Assembly (NCBI GenBank): GCA_013265495.1
Contig: MU058844.1
Location: forward strand, 5,765,260 to 5,829,259
Direction of reading: 5' to 3'
Source: Vicugna vicugna
Taxonomy: Eukaryota
DNA: 64,000 nt
Below, piece after piece: positions 1 to 13,345 of the stretch (positions are counted from its first letter, which is position 1; every line of letters starts with the position of its first letter). The notes below the pieces were generated by a model, which did no database searches, was not told where the DNA came from, and worked only from the letters and a program-made list of their open reading frames with translations. A program made the translations under genes and the position numbers.

Positions 1-264
1 TTTTAAACATTCACTTTTTCAATACTTTCAATGAATACATTTTAATATTTTATTCTTAGTTTAGAGCAGCCAAATTCCACCATGAAGTTGCTTTATTTTC
101 CTATTACAGAACTGTTTCAAATATCATTTAGTAGATATCTCTAACAGGTAAAAATGGTCAAAATTCTCATTTTATCCTGTTATGAATTTTATATTTTTTT
201 AATTCTAATAAGATTTAGAAGGTGATGGTCATGATGTATAAGACACAGATACTAAAAATAATAC

Positions 265-370
265 GTTAATGTGTATGTTTGAGGGGCTCACCATATGCTA
301 TGGAAATGCATAGTTGAATAATATCATGATCCTCGCCCTCAAGCAGTTGTGGTTTACCAGAAGGAGATAC
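265..370 (-). mobile_element. L2 LINE 3' fragment (degenerate)
   Basis: Resembles the reverse complement of the recalled L2 3' end (ctcaccatatgct...gatcctcgccctcaagcagtt...gaaggagatac). Confidence 0.45.
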
Positions 371-1289
371 TTATGTATGCTCAGTGATCCAGCAGATACC
401 ATAAATGTACCACTGTCAGTAAAATTTATATTATATTTTAAACTTTCATTTGAGCAATATGAGTGATGAGTTCATTATCATTTTCAATCACCTTTAACTA
501 TTCCTGCCCCTTCAAAAATTCTTTTTCCTCTATGTTTGATATTCTTTATCACTGAATTATTAAAGTCATTTAAGTAGATTTATCATTTTCCTAAGCTTCT
601 TAAATCATTTTTGTCTACCTGCATAACAAGAGCATGCATATTAAAGAGTATAGTGAATATGAAAGCAATAGTGACATTTATTTAATTTGTATTATATAGT
701 ATATTCTTTATGCCTTGTCTTTAATCTCATTGTGAATTGATTTTTTTCATTTGGAGAAGTAATACTTTAAAATTATCATATTTTAAATCCTACATGGATA
801 TAATTAATTATAGTTTTAGATTTAGGATTAATCAGTGGTTATGATGCATATACTTATAATTATATAAAGAAAAGTCATAAATCATAAGGAGGGCAATTTA
901 ATCATCCTACTTAGTTCATGAATATTATTTTAGTTAAAAAAAACTTACAGTTATACATGTTAAAAATCTTGCAATATATGTAAGCTTGTTTTTCATATTT
1001 TGCCTGTACTAAATTGCCTCATGCCATGATAGTATTTGCATTTCCAACATGATCTGTATTTAAACCAATTTTGAAGGAACTCCTTTGGGTAAGATAATAT
1101 AGGTTAAGAGATAGTTTTGCAGTATGCAGAGCCAAAATTACAGCAATCATACACACCAGGAGGGGGATGGGAATAAAGAAAAGGGATACTGACTAAATTG
1201 CCCATTAGCTCTATAACAAATTAAGCTATTTTCGTCTAGTGAGTTATCTTGCTCTTGTGGGGAAAAAAAATAATGAAATTTTGAGTCAT

Positions 1290-1428
1290 ACTAACCAGGG
1301 CTACATTTGCTAACATTTTTAGTTGTGAAATTCTGAGAGAGTTACTCAAGCTTTTTGGATCCATAATTTACTCAGTAAAAAATGAAGATATCAAAATCTC
1401 ATAGCTTTTTTTGAGCATTTAATGAGAT
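1290..1428 (+). mobile_element. MIR SINE fragment
   Basis: Degenerate MIR core: agttgtgaaattctgagagagttactcaagc...aaaatgaagata...ctcatagc...ttaatgagat. Confidence 0.6.
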
Positions 1429-1473
1429 GTGTATATATATATATACACACACACACATATATATGTGTGTGTA
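1428..1473. repeat. Compound (TA)n/(CA)n/(TG)n microsatellite
   Basis: Directly visible. Confidence 0.95.
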
Positions 1474-2189
1474 TTCCCCCTATACTCTGGAATCAGAACC
1501 ATTCTCACATATTTTTCCTTATTATTTCTGCATAGTCTCACCCATTTTATAGTGATCATCTATATGCCAATGGTTTCCAGCTATGTAACCTTAACCACTA
1601 CATCTATTAATTTTAATTTTCAAAAAGATAAAGTTAATAACCTCATGCAAATATAAAATAAACACATGCCAAAGATTCTATTTGCTTATTAACTAATGAC
1701 AGGGTGTTAAAATTGGTCCAAAGAGCATATGAAAAATAGCTGTATGCTTATGTTTAAGTATGTGTATATGAATGTATATATAATGTGCAATTTAATAGAG
1801 GAATGTTAGGATCATATTTCTGAGTTAGAGTCAAAACTGATAAATGTCTTAAAAGGCAAAAAATTATTTTTTTCTATTCCACTAGACAAATTATATTCAT
1901 ATATACTCAACAACAGCAATAACAACAAATCTGCATGTTAATCTCTGTCCCTGCAGAGTTGGAAAATAGGCTAATTAATAGGAAGATAAAGTCTGTACCA
2001 CACTGAGAAGACATAAAATAATCTCTTTTGTCTGTTTTAAGTCTGGGACAATTTTCCTGTCACCTTTTTCATCAAATTTGGAATGCACACACACATACAC
2101 ATTCACATATGTAGTATAAATAATTTTTATTATTTAACATGATAATATATAATTATTTAAATACATTTTTTTAACCAAGTTAGCATTTC

Positions 2190-3055
2190 CAGTTGACTGT
2201 CTAGTAGTTTCATCAGAGTTAACCTATCTGAAACATACACATGTGTACTTAACCTGTTCCTTCCTGGCTTTCTACATCAGTAAATAATGCTAATCATTTC
2301 TTCATATATTCAAGCCTCAGATCTAGGCATTGTTGATCCTTTGATTATTTCTTTTCCTCTGTATTCACATACTACCACCATCATTTTCTGTTTAGAGTAC
2401 TTAAACAATATTATAAATGACTCCATTTCACACTATTTCTAATACTACCTCTATTCCGTGGTACCATCACCTCCCATCTACATCACTGATATGACTGCCT
2501 AACTAGTCACCATTGCTTCCAACATTAACTCCTTACCATCCATTTCCACACACATCCCACGAAACCATCCGGTTGCTACCCATTACACTTAGATACAAAA
2601 TCCTCACTCCTGGCTAGAAGGTTCTGTGATCTGGCTCTGGACTAACTTGCCAAGTTCTCCTCATACTATTCTCTGCTACACACTCACTGCCCTTCAGTCA
2701 CATTGATCTTTCTGTTCCCTGAATTCCCTAAAATCTTCCCCACCTTGACAATAGTTCGTCCCTCTTCCCATAATATCCATCCCAGGATCATCTTTTATTT
2801 GGATCTTTGAAGCCTTCCCTGACCACTCAGTTTAAATTAACACTCTTTAATTACTCTCCATCACCACCATTCCACTTTATTTTCTTCAGAACTCAACACA
2901 TTTTTTTAACTAGTTGGCCCTGCTTCTACTGAAATACAGGCTCCATAAGAACAATTGTTTTATCTGTCTAATCTATCAGTGTCCTCAGTGTCCAGAAAAG
3001 GACCAGGCACATGGTAAATACTCAACATACATTTACAGAAAGAATGAATGAGTGA
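2190..3055 (+). mobile_element. L2 LINE 3' portion
   Basis: Pyrimidine-rich L2-like body ending in the typical terminus ccaggcacatggtaaatactcaaca...gaatgaatgagtga. Confidence 0.8.
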
Positions 3056-3482
3056 CACAGAAGAAATGCTAGATAAGCTAAGCTCTCAAAAAAGTGAATT
3101 TCTTGCAGAAATAGCTGTTTATTTTTCCTAGTTCTCTGGCTGTGGCTACAATTGCAATTAAATTTAAATGTATTATCAGAATTAATGGGTGACTCTCTCA
3201 GTTACCATTTGTGATAATGGAGTTTGAAATTTACTCAAGAAATACTCAACATCAATAAGTACTTCTTCATGGTAGTAAATGTGCTGAATTAAAAAAATTT
3301 TTTTAAATTTAAAATATGAATCCCTATTATTTACATTTTTCTTTTCAACGTATGGAAAGAATAACATGGATGTTATTCTACATCAATAAAATGCTTTAAC
3401 CTGCATCAGAATCTGTTCTAGTCTATAATGTTTATTCTTAGAAAAAGGAAGAACGCTCATACTGAAAACACAGCATGTTGAG

Positions 3483-3546
3483 TTTTTTTTTATTGACATC
3501 CAGTCAGTTACAATGTGTCAGTTTCTGATTTACAGCACAGTGTCCC
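3483..3546 (-). mobile_element. Short L1 3' tail fragment
   Basis: Poly-T followed by tattgacatccagtcagttacaatgtgtcagtttctgatttacagcaca, similar to the L1 tails at 9.85 and 39.57 kb. Confidence 0.75.
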
Positions 3547-5066
3547 TGAGTGTTTTGACTCTTTAGCAATGATTTTAGAAATAACTATCTTTGTGACTTT
3601 TAATTAAACATGCAAGGTAGAATGTAAACTGAGTCTTCAGAAGATTTAGTACTATGTTTCATAATTTTTAGCTTTATACTTCCATGATTTACTTCATGGA
3701 CAATCTATTAAATGCTTTTTGGGGTTATATTTGTCTAGTGTGTGCTAATGTATTAATTCAAGGTTGGATTTTTTATTTCTCTAGTGATCTAAATGTCAGT
3801 GAATTCATGAGATTCCCTCCAGGAGTAGGAGAACTAAAATAAAGTTCCTGTACTTGTTGCATTTAAGCTGTTTGTATTGAGAGAGGACAATTCATTTTTT
3901 TTTTTATTCTTTGTTTTTAGTGTCAGAGAGGCTAGAACCATATGGTATTCTCCACCATACTTAGGAGCTTGCAGGGGAAAAAAAGTATTAGTTCTACAAT
4001 CACTGGTGCAGATTAGAAACTGTAGGTGGGAAATGTAACAGTTTGTACTGTCAGAATCAGGGTATGGTATCTTTAACAGGACTGAAACGTGATCTGAGCT
4101 GGATTGGACACAGCAAAGCACTGTAAGACCCATGGGAGACTGTAAAAAGACGAATGATGACAATGACAATGGCTGAAGTGCTAATGAGACAGTCAATTCT
4201 AACATACTGATTTTTTTTTTCTCTTAACTGAAAAAAGACTGGGACTGCTTGTGTGTGCATACGTCTTAATGCAAATGCATATGTCAACATAGACATTCAT
4301 CTGCTCGAGAACTACATATTCACATATTTCCTGGCACTAGAAGAGCACCTGGCCACTCACTAAACACCTAAATACTTCTTGAATGGATGTTATGTGAATA
4401 AGAAATAAATTTCTTTCTAAACAGAGTAACCCTGTGAGATCTACCATGACAGAAGCCATGGAAAGACCTAGAAACAAAATAAACTTACTATTGTAGGGCA
4501 TATGCTTCAGGGAAAGATACATGGAGTTGAAAAAAGTCCCATCTGATGTGGCAGGAGATGGAGAGGCTTAAGTTGGAGAGGCAGTGCAGGCGGGCTCTCG
4601 GGAGTCCAAGCAGGAGGTCGGTGTTAGCAGGATTGCTGAACCTGACCTGTGTGAACCTGGTAGGAGGCGTGAGCCTAGGAAACAGGCAGGGACCCTGTTA
4701 GTCAGGGCACAGAGCTGGGGCGGCCTAGAATTTTCGTGCAGGAATTTGGAGAAAAGGTTACAGAATAGTCTTAGTGGCAGAAACAAAGTGAGGCTCCATT
4801 CAGGGAACCAGAGCATCAACTCATAAACCAGGGCATAAGCCAGAACTATCAGTTATGCCTACTATTGAACAAGGCAACTGAATCATGAAAATTGGTCAAT
4901 TAATCAGAAAAGCAAATTAAAACAATATTATGAAAAAGTTATAATTAGGTAAAACACGGTTTTATTTTAATAAAATGCATAGATGTATTCATTCACCAGT
5001 CTTTTCATATGGTGCCAAGATTTTTTTCTCTGTGTCCTGGTCCCCTGATTTGAATTCCATTTGATA

Positions 5067-5571
5067 TTTCAGGGCAGAATAGGGTTAACTCAGCAGGCCT
5101 GGATTTCTCAAAACCTGTACGTTCCAAAGAAATCTTCAGTATTGGCCTTTGGCTGGCTCTTGAGACGTAACTCTGAACCCTTGGAAAATCTATTTGATAA
5201 GAATGTTTTTATATGTCTGAGGCCTTGGGCCACTCTGTATCAGTCTCGTAGGTACCACATGCTGCGTTACTGACCCCCATTAAAAGTATAGATACCACCC
5301 CCCTCCCAACCGCCCGGGTGAGCTTCCCAGAGTGGTAGCGTTTTGTCCGTGCTGTCACACATCACTGGTGGGAGACTGTGACTGAACTAAGAGGGGCGCC
5401 TGGAGATCCTTCTGATTTCTCCTGGACCTTGCCCCATATGCCTTTTCCCTTTGATGGTTTTAAGCTGCATCCCTTCTCTGTAATACACCATAACCAGGAG
5501 AATAACAGCTTTGAATAGTCCTGTGAGTCCTGGTAGAGAATTATCAGGCTGTCTTGGGGACCTCTCACACA
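5067..5571 (+). mobile_element. MER21-like (MER21C-type) solo LTR
   Basis: Matches recalled MER21 motifs: gggttaactcagcaggcctg, tgctgtcacacatcactgg, ccccatatgccttttccctt, gtcctgtgagtcct, gtcttggggacc...caca. ATTAAA lies near 5279. Confidence 0.8.
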
Positions 5572-5789
5572 ACCTATATAAGCCACAACCTACCTAAGCC
5601 ATATCTATGATTTCTGGAATTTCTTTGAAGAAGAAGGGGAACCGAATAACTTTGGAATTCTGACTGCAAATTCTTTGTAAATTTTATGATTTTTGAATTA
5701 AAGGAATTCCACTTGCAAAAACACATATGAAAAGTAACACGTAGACTCTTGGTTGGCAAGAGGGAGTTGAAGTGCAGGGATACTTCTGA

Positions 5790-5855
5790 GTAATAACCAG
5801 CACTTACTGAGCATGTATTATTTGCCAGGCCTTACTGTGTACAGTTTATGTTTCA
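5790..5855 (-). mobile_element. MIR fragment
   Basis: taataaccagcacttactgagcatgtattatttgccaggc matches the reverse of the MIR 3' end. Confidence 0.5.
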
Positions 5856-8800
5856 CCTCAGTTCTCAAGTTTGTCATTTAGGAGATGTCTACATGGAGAA
5901 AATGAGATGAATATCTGTTAGTAAGTAGGATGATCTGAGAAAGAAGTGTTGAGTTTTTAACTTAGCTTACTAACTAAATATTTTTCCTGAATACTCTCAA
6001 TTTATGAATGCTCTAAATCTCCATTTTATTGAGGACTATGGTAGTTCTTGATAATTTTACTTTTGGAGATACAATTTGATATTGATGTTGTAAATAACTA
6101 CAAGTCATGTATTGATGGAACGTTAACACAATTTGAGGCCCCTGCTCAAGAATTATGGTCTAAGATAATTATCCCACAAGGAGTTTCTACTTTAGCTTCT
6201 TTGCAGTTTTCTTTCCCAGTACAGGTTTGAAATGGAAATTGAGATTTTGTGCTTTTTACAGTTTCATAGCTATGGGATGCTAAATGTTACTAGTAGGAAA
6301 TGTTCAGGGAAGAGAGCAGTGTCCTGCAAGCTGTTTTAAGTAAAACCTGTAACAGTTAATTCACTTCAAAAAGCATATAAGGAAATGACTTACTTTGGAA
6401 TTGAAAATACTGAATGCAAATTTTAGTCACAAAATGAAAATCAAGTATTTCTATTTTGACTGACCTTGAAAGGGCATATCTCCTTTAATGTTATAATTTT
6501 AAAATTAGGATTTGAGGGAATATCAATTTTCAGAAAAATCCAATTAAATTTATGAATGTCAATCATTTTAACATTAAATATTAGCATGTTATTATTATTA
6601 TTTTGGAATGTGAAAACATACTTAAAAGCATAAACATTTTTATATTAACATGGAAGCTTTAAAAGATTTCTCACATTATATTTAACATAAGGAATTCATT
6701 ATTTATTTTTTTAGTACATAAGAAATCTTACATTTAGCACCAGATATAAGAACTTAAAATGTCACGTATTATAGACCCTCCCACTGATAAATCATATCAT
6801 GGCTACACTTTTATTTTCCTTTCTATAATTGTTCATAAAATAAAAAGGGGGGCTCAGCAGTGCTTGAGGAGAGATATAAAAATTGAACATTAATTTTATT
6901 CAGATGAGATGATTTGTATGCAAGCTGATCAGGCTACAAGCTTATCTCATTACAAGCTCAAGGCTATGAGCGTTTCATCATTTCTCAGATGCCATTAAGT
7001 TTAATAATATGACTGCCTGCATTGTGTATTAAAAATGTGTCGCTGTTCTGCAATTCTGTATGATGATGAAGTGTTTGTGAATATTTATTACTTCAGTCTT
7101 TAGTGCTTTCAACTTTATACTAAATAGCAAAGTTGATTGCCTATACTGTTCTAATTGCATTGTTTAGAGAATACTATCCTTTTCCTCTTCAGTTTCAGAG
7201 TTGCTAGTAATATGCAGAGCTTTTGAAGTGCAGTAATTGGCATGTGAAGACTTGCACAGACATATAATTGCACCCCAAATTGAAACACAGTAGGTGCACT
7301 CAGTCTCAGGCAGAGTGAGTTAGCTCTGTGCCCTTCCTTCTGGGAACACAAGTGGTCAGTCCTGCTGATTTTAAGCAGTCACTGAGACACTGATTTGCAT
7401 ATATAATTTGTTTCTATAAATTTTCAGAAGAGCACAATTTTTTAATGCCAAGAAAGGAGTGTTTCCAATAAGCCTTTGAAAAGCATACTGTTTAATTAGT
7501 CATTCACTTTATCATTCTCTTAAATTGGTATGAATACACATGAAAGGCTTCAAAATGAATTTTGTTGTCATTGTTTACTATATTTTTTTTAGCTCAGTTC
7601 TTCAAATATTTCTCTTTCCTTTGTTTTGCTCTCACTGGAACCCAATAACTATTCTGTTGGGAAATAAGGCTGTGAAATCCAGAGACTTGAGATTTAGCCT
7701 TAGTTTTGTCTCTCAGATATTGTCTTATAAGAACCAATTTAGTTTGCTGTACCTGCTTCTACACTGTCCTAGTAATGGGTAGCCTGTCTGTATATTATAA
7801 TCCACACCGTTTCCTCCCTACGTCACTAATTTCAGTGTAATCATATGGAATTGTACTAGTGGCTTAAACCCTTAAGTATGAACAGTGTCACTCAAGATGA
7901 TCTGCATCTTTCCCCTTCTCTGGTGATTCACTGTGATTTAGTAGTTTCTCTAACTTTGAAGGAGAGGCAGGTTTCCTTCTGTAAACACCTTGGATACCCC
8001 ATTCAAATGAGGATTGTCCTTAACCCAGGTATATGCTATTTATGAGGAAAAAACCATCTTAAACAATAGGGAGACATGATTTTTGTTGTCTGTTTCTGCT
8101 ACCTTACTTCTTTTACCTGTATCTTACTCAGCCTCAGACACCTCAGTGTTTAGACCCACTTTTCTCTAGATCCGAGACACATATGCACTTTAAGTTGAAA
8201 TCAAATTAAAAAATTATACAAACACACACACATTTCATAATTTCTAGTATGCCAAAACTTTTTTGCTAGGCATTATAGAGACAAAGAATCCATTCTCTGT
8301 TGTTTCCATGGGCCGGTGGCTTAGTCTGTCTGCTGAGTGCTGTATAGTTGGTATGGAGTAGACTTTAACAGAGTAAATAAAGTTTAAGATAAGTAAGATA
8401 TTGCCAGATTTGGAAACAGCAAGGTTAAAGGCAAACGAATATAAAAGTGCATGCAACAATCTGGAAAAAAAAAGATTAGAATGTACAAAGAAAGTATCAA
8501 ATAAGGTAGATTACTGTCAAATTGAAAGGCTCTGAATCTAATGATAACGACCCGTCAGTTATGCTGGTAACTATTGATAAGTCACCCAGTTTTTATCCAA
8601 TGAATAATATAGTGTTGTGGAATTCATGGGAAGAGAAGCTTCCAAGGAATGGGAAATGCTCACAAATACCCAGTGCTGCCTTGTCTAGGATGAGGACTCA
8701 AATAGGGACATTATGTAATATAACTTGCAAGTTCTGTGAGATTTAAATAGAATAAGAGAACCTGAAACAGAAGTCAGAAAATAATATTCTACTTCGAATA

Positions 8801-9487
8801 CTTTTAAAAATAGCTTCAGTAAATAGATAAATGTAATTACTAATTATCAATCCAGAAGAGTGAATGTGAGGTGGAGAAATCAGAAGGACTAATATATTTT
8901 AAAAAGTGTATCTTATTTCCCTCAGAGAATAGGGTGCACACTCCCTAGGTAACTGAACAAATTAACATGCACTGAAGTGAAAAATAAGATAGAACAGGTG
9001 GGCTCCTTCAGGCAAGCATGGATGTCCGTTTTACCCGTGGTCTTCTGCACAGAATAACCTGTAGTCACAAGTAGTTAGAATGCACGCCAGTAGAACAGGT
9101 GGGTTGTGCCATGACTGGCTGATGGGAGGACTCACAGATCACTGTCTCAGGTCTTCAGATCCAAGGGAATAGGATGAGGAAATGTTTATTCATATACAGC
9201 TAAGCTGTGGAAATATGCTAATATTCTTCTGCTGTGTTTTCTAAGCAGGAGGAAAGTCTGTTAACACACTTCATGTCCCAAAGGGATGCTGTGGACATTT
9301 AAAATTAATAATGAAATATTTCATATGTAAAAATATTTTTCATATGAATACTTTTTCATGCCCATCTAATAGTATAAACTTATTATCAAGGCTGTGGCTG
9401 GCAGTGTGCTGTGACAGTTCTCTGGGGTCCAATGAAGGCAAGGTTTCTTGGTTATGGTAGAAGGTACTCGAACTCTTATTTTTTTTA

Positions 9488-9684
9488 TTTAGCAGATGTT
9501 TATAGAACGCTCTATCCCCAAAATGAAGAATACGTATTCTTTTCAAGCATTTACAGAACACTCATCAAGAAAGACTGTATGCTAAGCAATGAAATGAATC
9601 TCAGTGAATTTCAAAAACTGAAATCACAGAGTATATTCTCTGACCACAAGTCAAATAAATTAGAAATCAATAATAAAAATGTAT
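9488..9684 (+). mobile_element. Old L1 ORF2 endonuclease-domain fragment
   Basis: Translation LADVYRTLYPQNEEYVFFSS...SIFSDHKSNKLEINNK resembles L1 EN motifs (DIYRTLHP..EYTFFS...SDH..IKLEI). Confidence 0.85.
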
Positions 9685-9831
9685 AAAGGCAATCCGTAGA
9701 GAATTGATATTTTTTGCCTTCTAAGTTTTACTGAAGTGTAGCCCTTTTACAATGTTGAATATATCTTGAGCAGATTCCAAACTGCATTATCACAAATAGC
9801 AATCGAAAGAGTGAACCATTAGTCCTGACTA

Positions 9832-11420
9832 CTTATTTATATATTTATTTATTTATTTAATGTATAGTTGGTTTACAATGTTGTATCAAATTCTGATGTA
9901 CAGAATGTTTCAGTCATACATATACATACATATATTAATTTTCATATTCTTTTTCATTATAAGTTACTGTAAGATACTGAATATAGTTCCATGAGCTATA
10001 CAGTATAAACTTGTTTATCTGTTTTGTATATGGTAATTAGTATTGCAAATCTCAAACTCCCAATTTATCCCTTCCTACCCTTTTTAATCACCTAGTAACC
10101 TTAAGTTTGTTCTCCATGTCTGTGAGTCTGTTTCTGTTTTGTAACTAAGCTCATTTGTGTCTTTTTTATTTTTAGATTCCACATATAAGCAATATCATAT
10201 GCTATTTTTCTTTCTCTTTCTGACCTCCAGGTCCATCCATTGTTGCTGCAAATGGCATTATCTTTCTTATCCTTTCTTACGGCTGAGTAGTATTCCATTG
10301 TATAAATATACCACAATTTCTTTATCCAGTCATCTGTCAATGGGCATTTAGGTTGTTTCCATGTCTTGGCAATTGTAAATAGTGCTGCTGTGAACATTGG
10401 GGTGCATGTGTCTTTTTGAGTTATAGTTTTCTCCAGATATATGCCCAGGAGTGGGATTGCTGGATCATGTGGGAACTCTATTTTTAGTTTTATAAGGAAC
10501 CTCCATACTGTCCTCCATAGTGGCTGCATCAATTTATATTTTCACCAACATTGTAGGAGGGTTCCTTTTTCTCCACACCCTTTCCAATGTTTATTATTTG
10601 TGGACTTTTTAATGATGGCCATTCTGACTGGTGTGAGGTGATTCCTCATTGTAGTTTTAATTTGCATTTCTCTAATAATTAGTGATGTGGAGCATCCTTT
10701 CATGTAGCTATTGGCCATCTGTATGTGTTCTTTGGAGAGATGTCTGTTTAGGTCTTCTGCCTATTTTTTGATTGAGCTCCTTGTTTTTTTGATATTAAGC
10801 TGTATGAACTGTTTGTATATTTTGGAAATTAGTCCCCTTGTCATTTGCATCATTTGCAAATATTTTTTCCCATTCTGTAGGTATGTTCCCTCTATGCCCA
10901 CTTTCTGGAAAGTTTTTATCATAAGTCAGTATTGAATTTTATCACAAGCTTTTCTGCGTCTATTGATGTGATCGTATGGTTTTTATTCTTCAATTTGGTA
11001 ATGTGGTATATAGCGCATTGACTGATTGGTGGACAGTGAAAAATCCTTGCATCCCTAGGATAAATCCCACTTGCTCATGGTGTGTGATCATTTTAATGCA
11101 TTGTTGCAGTTGGCTTGCTAGTATTTTATTGAAGATTTTGCATCTATATTCAAGTGACATTGGCCTGTAATTTTCTTTTTTTGTGATATCTTTGTCTGGT
11201 TTTGGTATCAGGGTGATGGTGGCCTCATAGTCTGGAAGTGTTCCTTCCTCTGCAATTTTTTGGGATGGTTTCAAAAGGATAGGTGTTAACTCTTCTCTAA
11301 GTGTTTGGTAGAATTCACCTGTGAAGCTATCTGGTCCTGGACTTCTGTTTGTTGAGTTTATTGATTTGATTTCGGTATTGGTAATTGTCCTTTTCATATT
11401 TTCTGTTTCCTCGTGGCTTG
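9832..11420 (-). mobile_element. 5'-truncated L1 with internal deletion (ORF2 RT N-part, ORF2 C-terminus, 3' UTR)
   Basis: Minus-strand ORFs contain SPGPDSFTGEFYQT...ENYRPMSL and [11 protein letters not shown]...[10 protein letters not shown]...WKQPKCP. The (TTTA)n tail lies at about 9832-9858. Confidence 0.97.
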
Positions 11421-13234
11421 AACTCTGTTTTTGTCCTGAGCTTCTCTACCTGTTCCTGTCTTCTTAACATAATCATCAATGAGACTTGATTTGTTTTATA
11501 TACTCTTAAAATAATTTTTAATTTCTTTGTATACCAGTGGTTTAATAAGTGATCAATAAAATCAAGTAGGTAAATTACTACCAAATTAACATGAATCCCA
11601 CCTCACTCATTTTTTGTAATTATTAGATCATTGCCAAATATAAACATATTTAATTTCCTGATATGATAATCCGTTATGAAACACAAAACCTACAGGCAGC
11701 GCCTTCTGAATACCTGATTATCTCAGGAACATGGATGTGCTCACAACATTAAAATATAATTAAGTCTAGCTTTGGCCAGATTCAGAAAGGTTTGAGAATC
11801 TGCTACCTCATAATTAATGTCTAATTGTTGGTAATTATGTTGTTTAGTTTTGTGCACAACCCAGTTTATTTATTTTTTGCACCAGGGCCCATGCCAGTTA
11901 TACTTTGGCCACAACTGTCAAGGCTGTCAACAAATTAAACACTGATTGCCAGGGCTGCATAATAATGGTCTCCTAGCAATCTGCATAAAGTAACTAGGCT
12001 CTTGAGCCCAAAACAGCAAGTCTATGTTGAATGTTGGCTCTCTCATGTCACTTCTAATTAACCACTAACGGCTAGCCAGGCCAGAATTTAACTCAGAAGC
12101 TAGAGATGCCCATCCATGTAAGTTATTGAAATCTATTTCTTACTATGTTTAAAATATTTAGACACCGTTTAAATCTTGTATGGCCTGATAGAGAATTTAA
12201 TAAGTTTTTTTGCATTTAAACAGATTTCTGCTTCTGCAGTTGCTTATGATTTACTTTAGTGTAGCAAAACTGAATCTTTAAGATTTTTCTTCCTTTATTT
12301 TGTTTTCTGTTATATAGCCACTTGGCACAAGCTGAAGCAACAACATAAAGTGAAGAGCATCCATTGAAAGTTTTTACTGTTTTATTGATGATTTTTTTTT
12401 CTCATGAAAGACCTTAAAATTGGAAAATAACTTAAAATCCCTTGGGACTGATCTTTCAATATAACCTATGAGCATTTTTAACATTCTCATTACAGAGACA
12501 ACTTAGATAACTTTGAACATAGGAACTAAAATATAAAAGCTCTTGTAAAACCTTCCTATAATGATAATTACTCTACTTTAGCCTATAGCATACCATAAAG
12601 ATATGTCACTGAAAATATGTTACACATTACAGTGGTGATATATAATACTGTGATCCCTGATAAAATGAATCTTCAGAGTGGAGGTATGTGGGGTTATAAT
12701 TCATGGGAACAATAGCTTTTAGTGCTCTCCAGTATATCACAAGAGTGACAACTCGGTGATGAAATGTAATACATAATCGCCTCAGTCACATACACCAGTT
12801 TTTTTCTGACCTGAAGAATCTTTTGTCTCTATTTTAATAATAGTGTCATGATTCTTAGCATCATAGAAAAAGTAGATGTAAGACCCGTACTTCAGTGTGT
12901 AACCAGCAATGTAGTTTCAATTAGAGGAAGCTATCAACATTTTCCTGCACATAGCTTTCCTGGTAAAAGAAACATTTCACTTGTTGAAATAAAAGAACAC
13001 TCATTAGCATGACCTACAAAGACTGTATATTAAAGCTGAAATTAAAACCATGAATTCTAAGCATAATGTGGACCAGACCATCATTATTATGTAGAGTAGA
13101 CTTTAGAGTAAGTACATGCAAGGGCTTTCCTATTTACATCCCCTGATGGTCTCATCTGGATGCACAGTTCATCCTAGTGGCTCCCTCTTCAGCTAACCCT
13201 GTAGTTGGACTTTATTTTGTCACTGGAATTTTAT

Positions 13235-13345
13235 TTAATACATATTATGTGCCAGGTACTATCGTAGGGGCAGAGATCATAAAAAAGAAGTCAACATGGT
13301 TTCCATCCTGGAAAAGTCCACCATGGGAACAAGACACATAAACCA
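13235..13345 (-). mobile_element. L2 3' fragment
   Basis: tattatgtgccaggtact...gtttccatcctgg...agacacataaac. Confidence 0.55.

Noticed and set aside
10101..11397. ORFs with RT and C-terminal protein motifs as a host gene
   Set aside because: They are frameshifted, truncated L1 ORF2 fragments.
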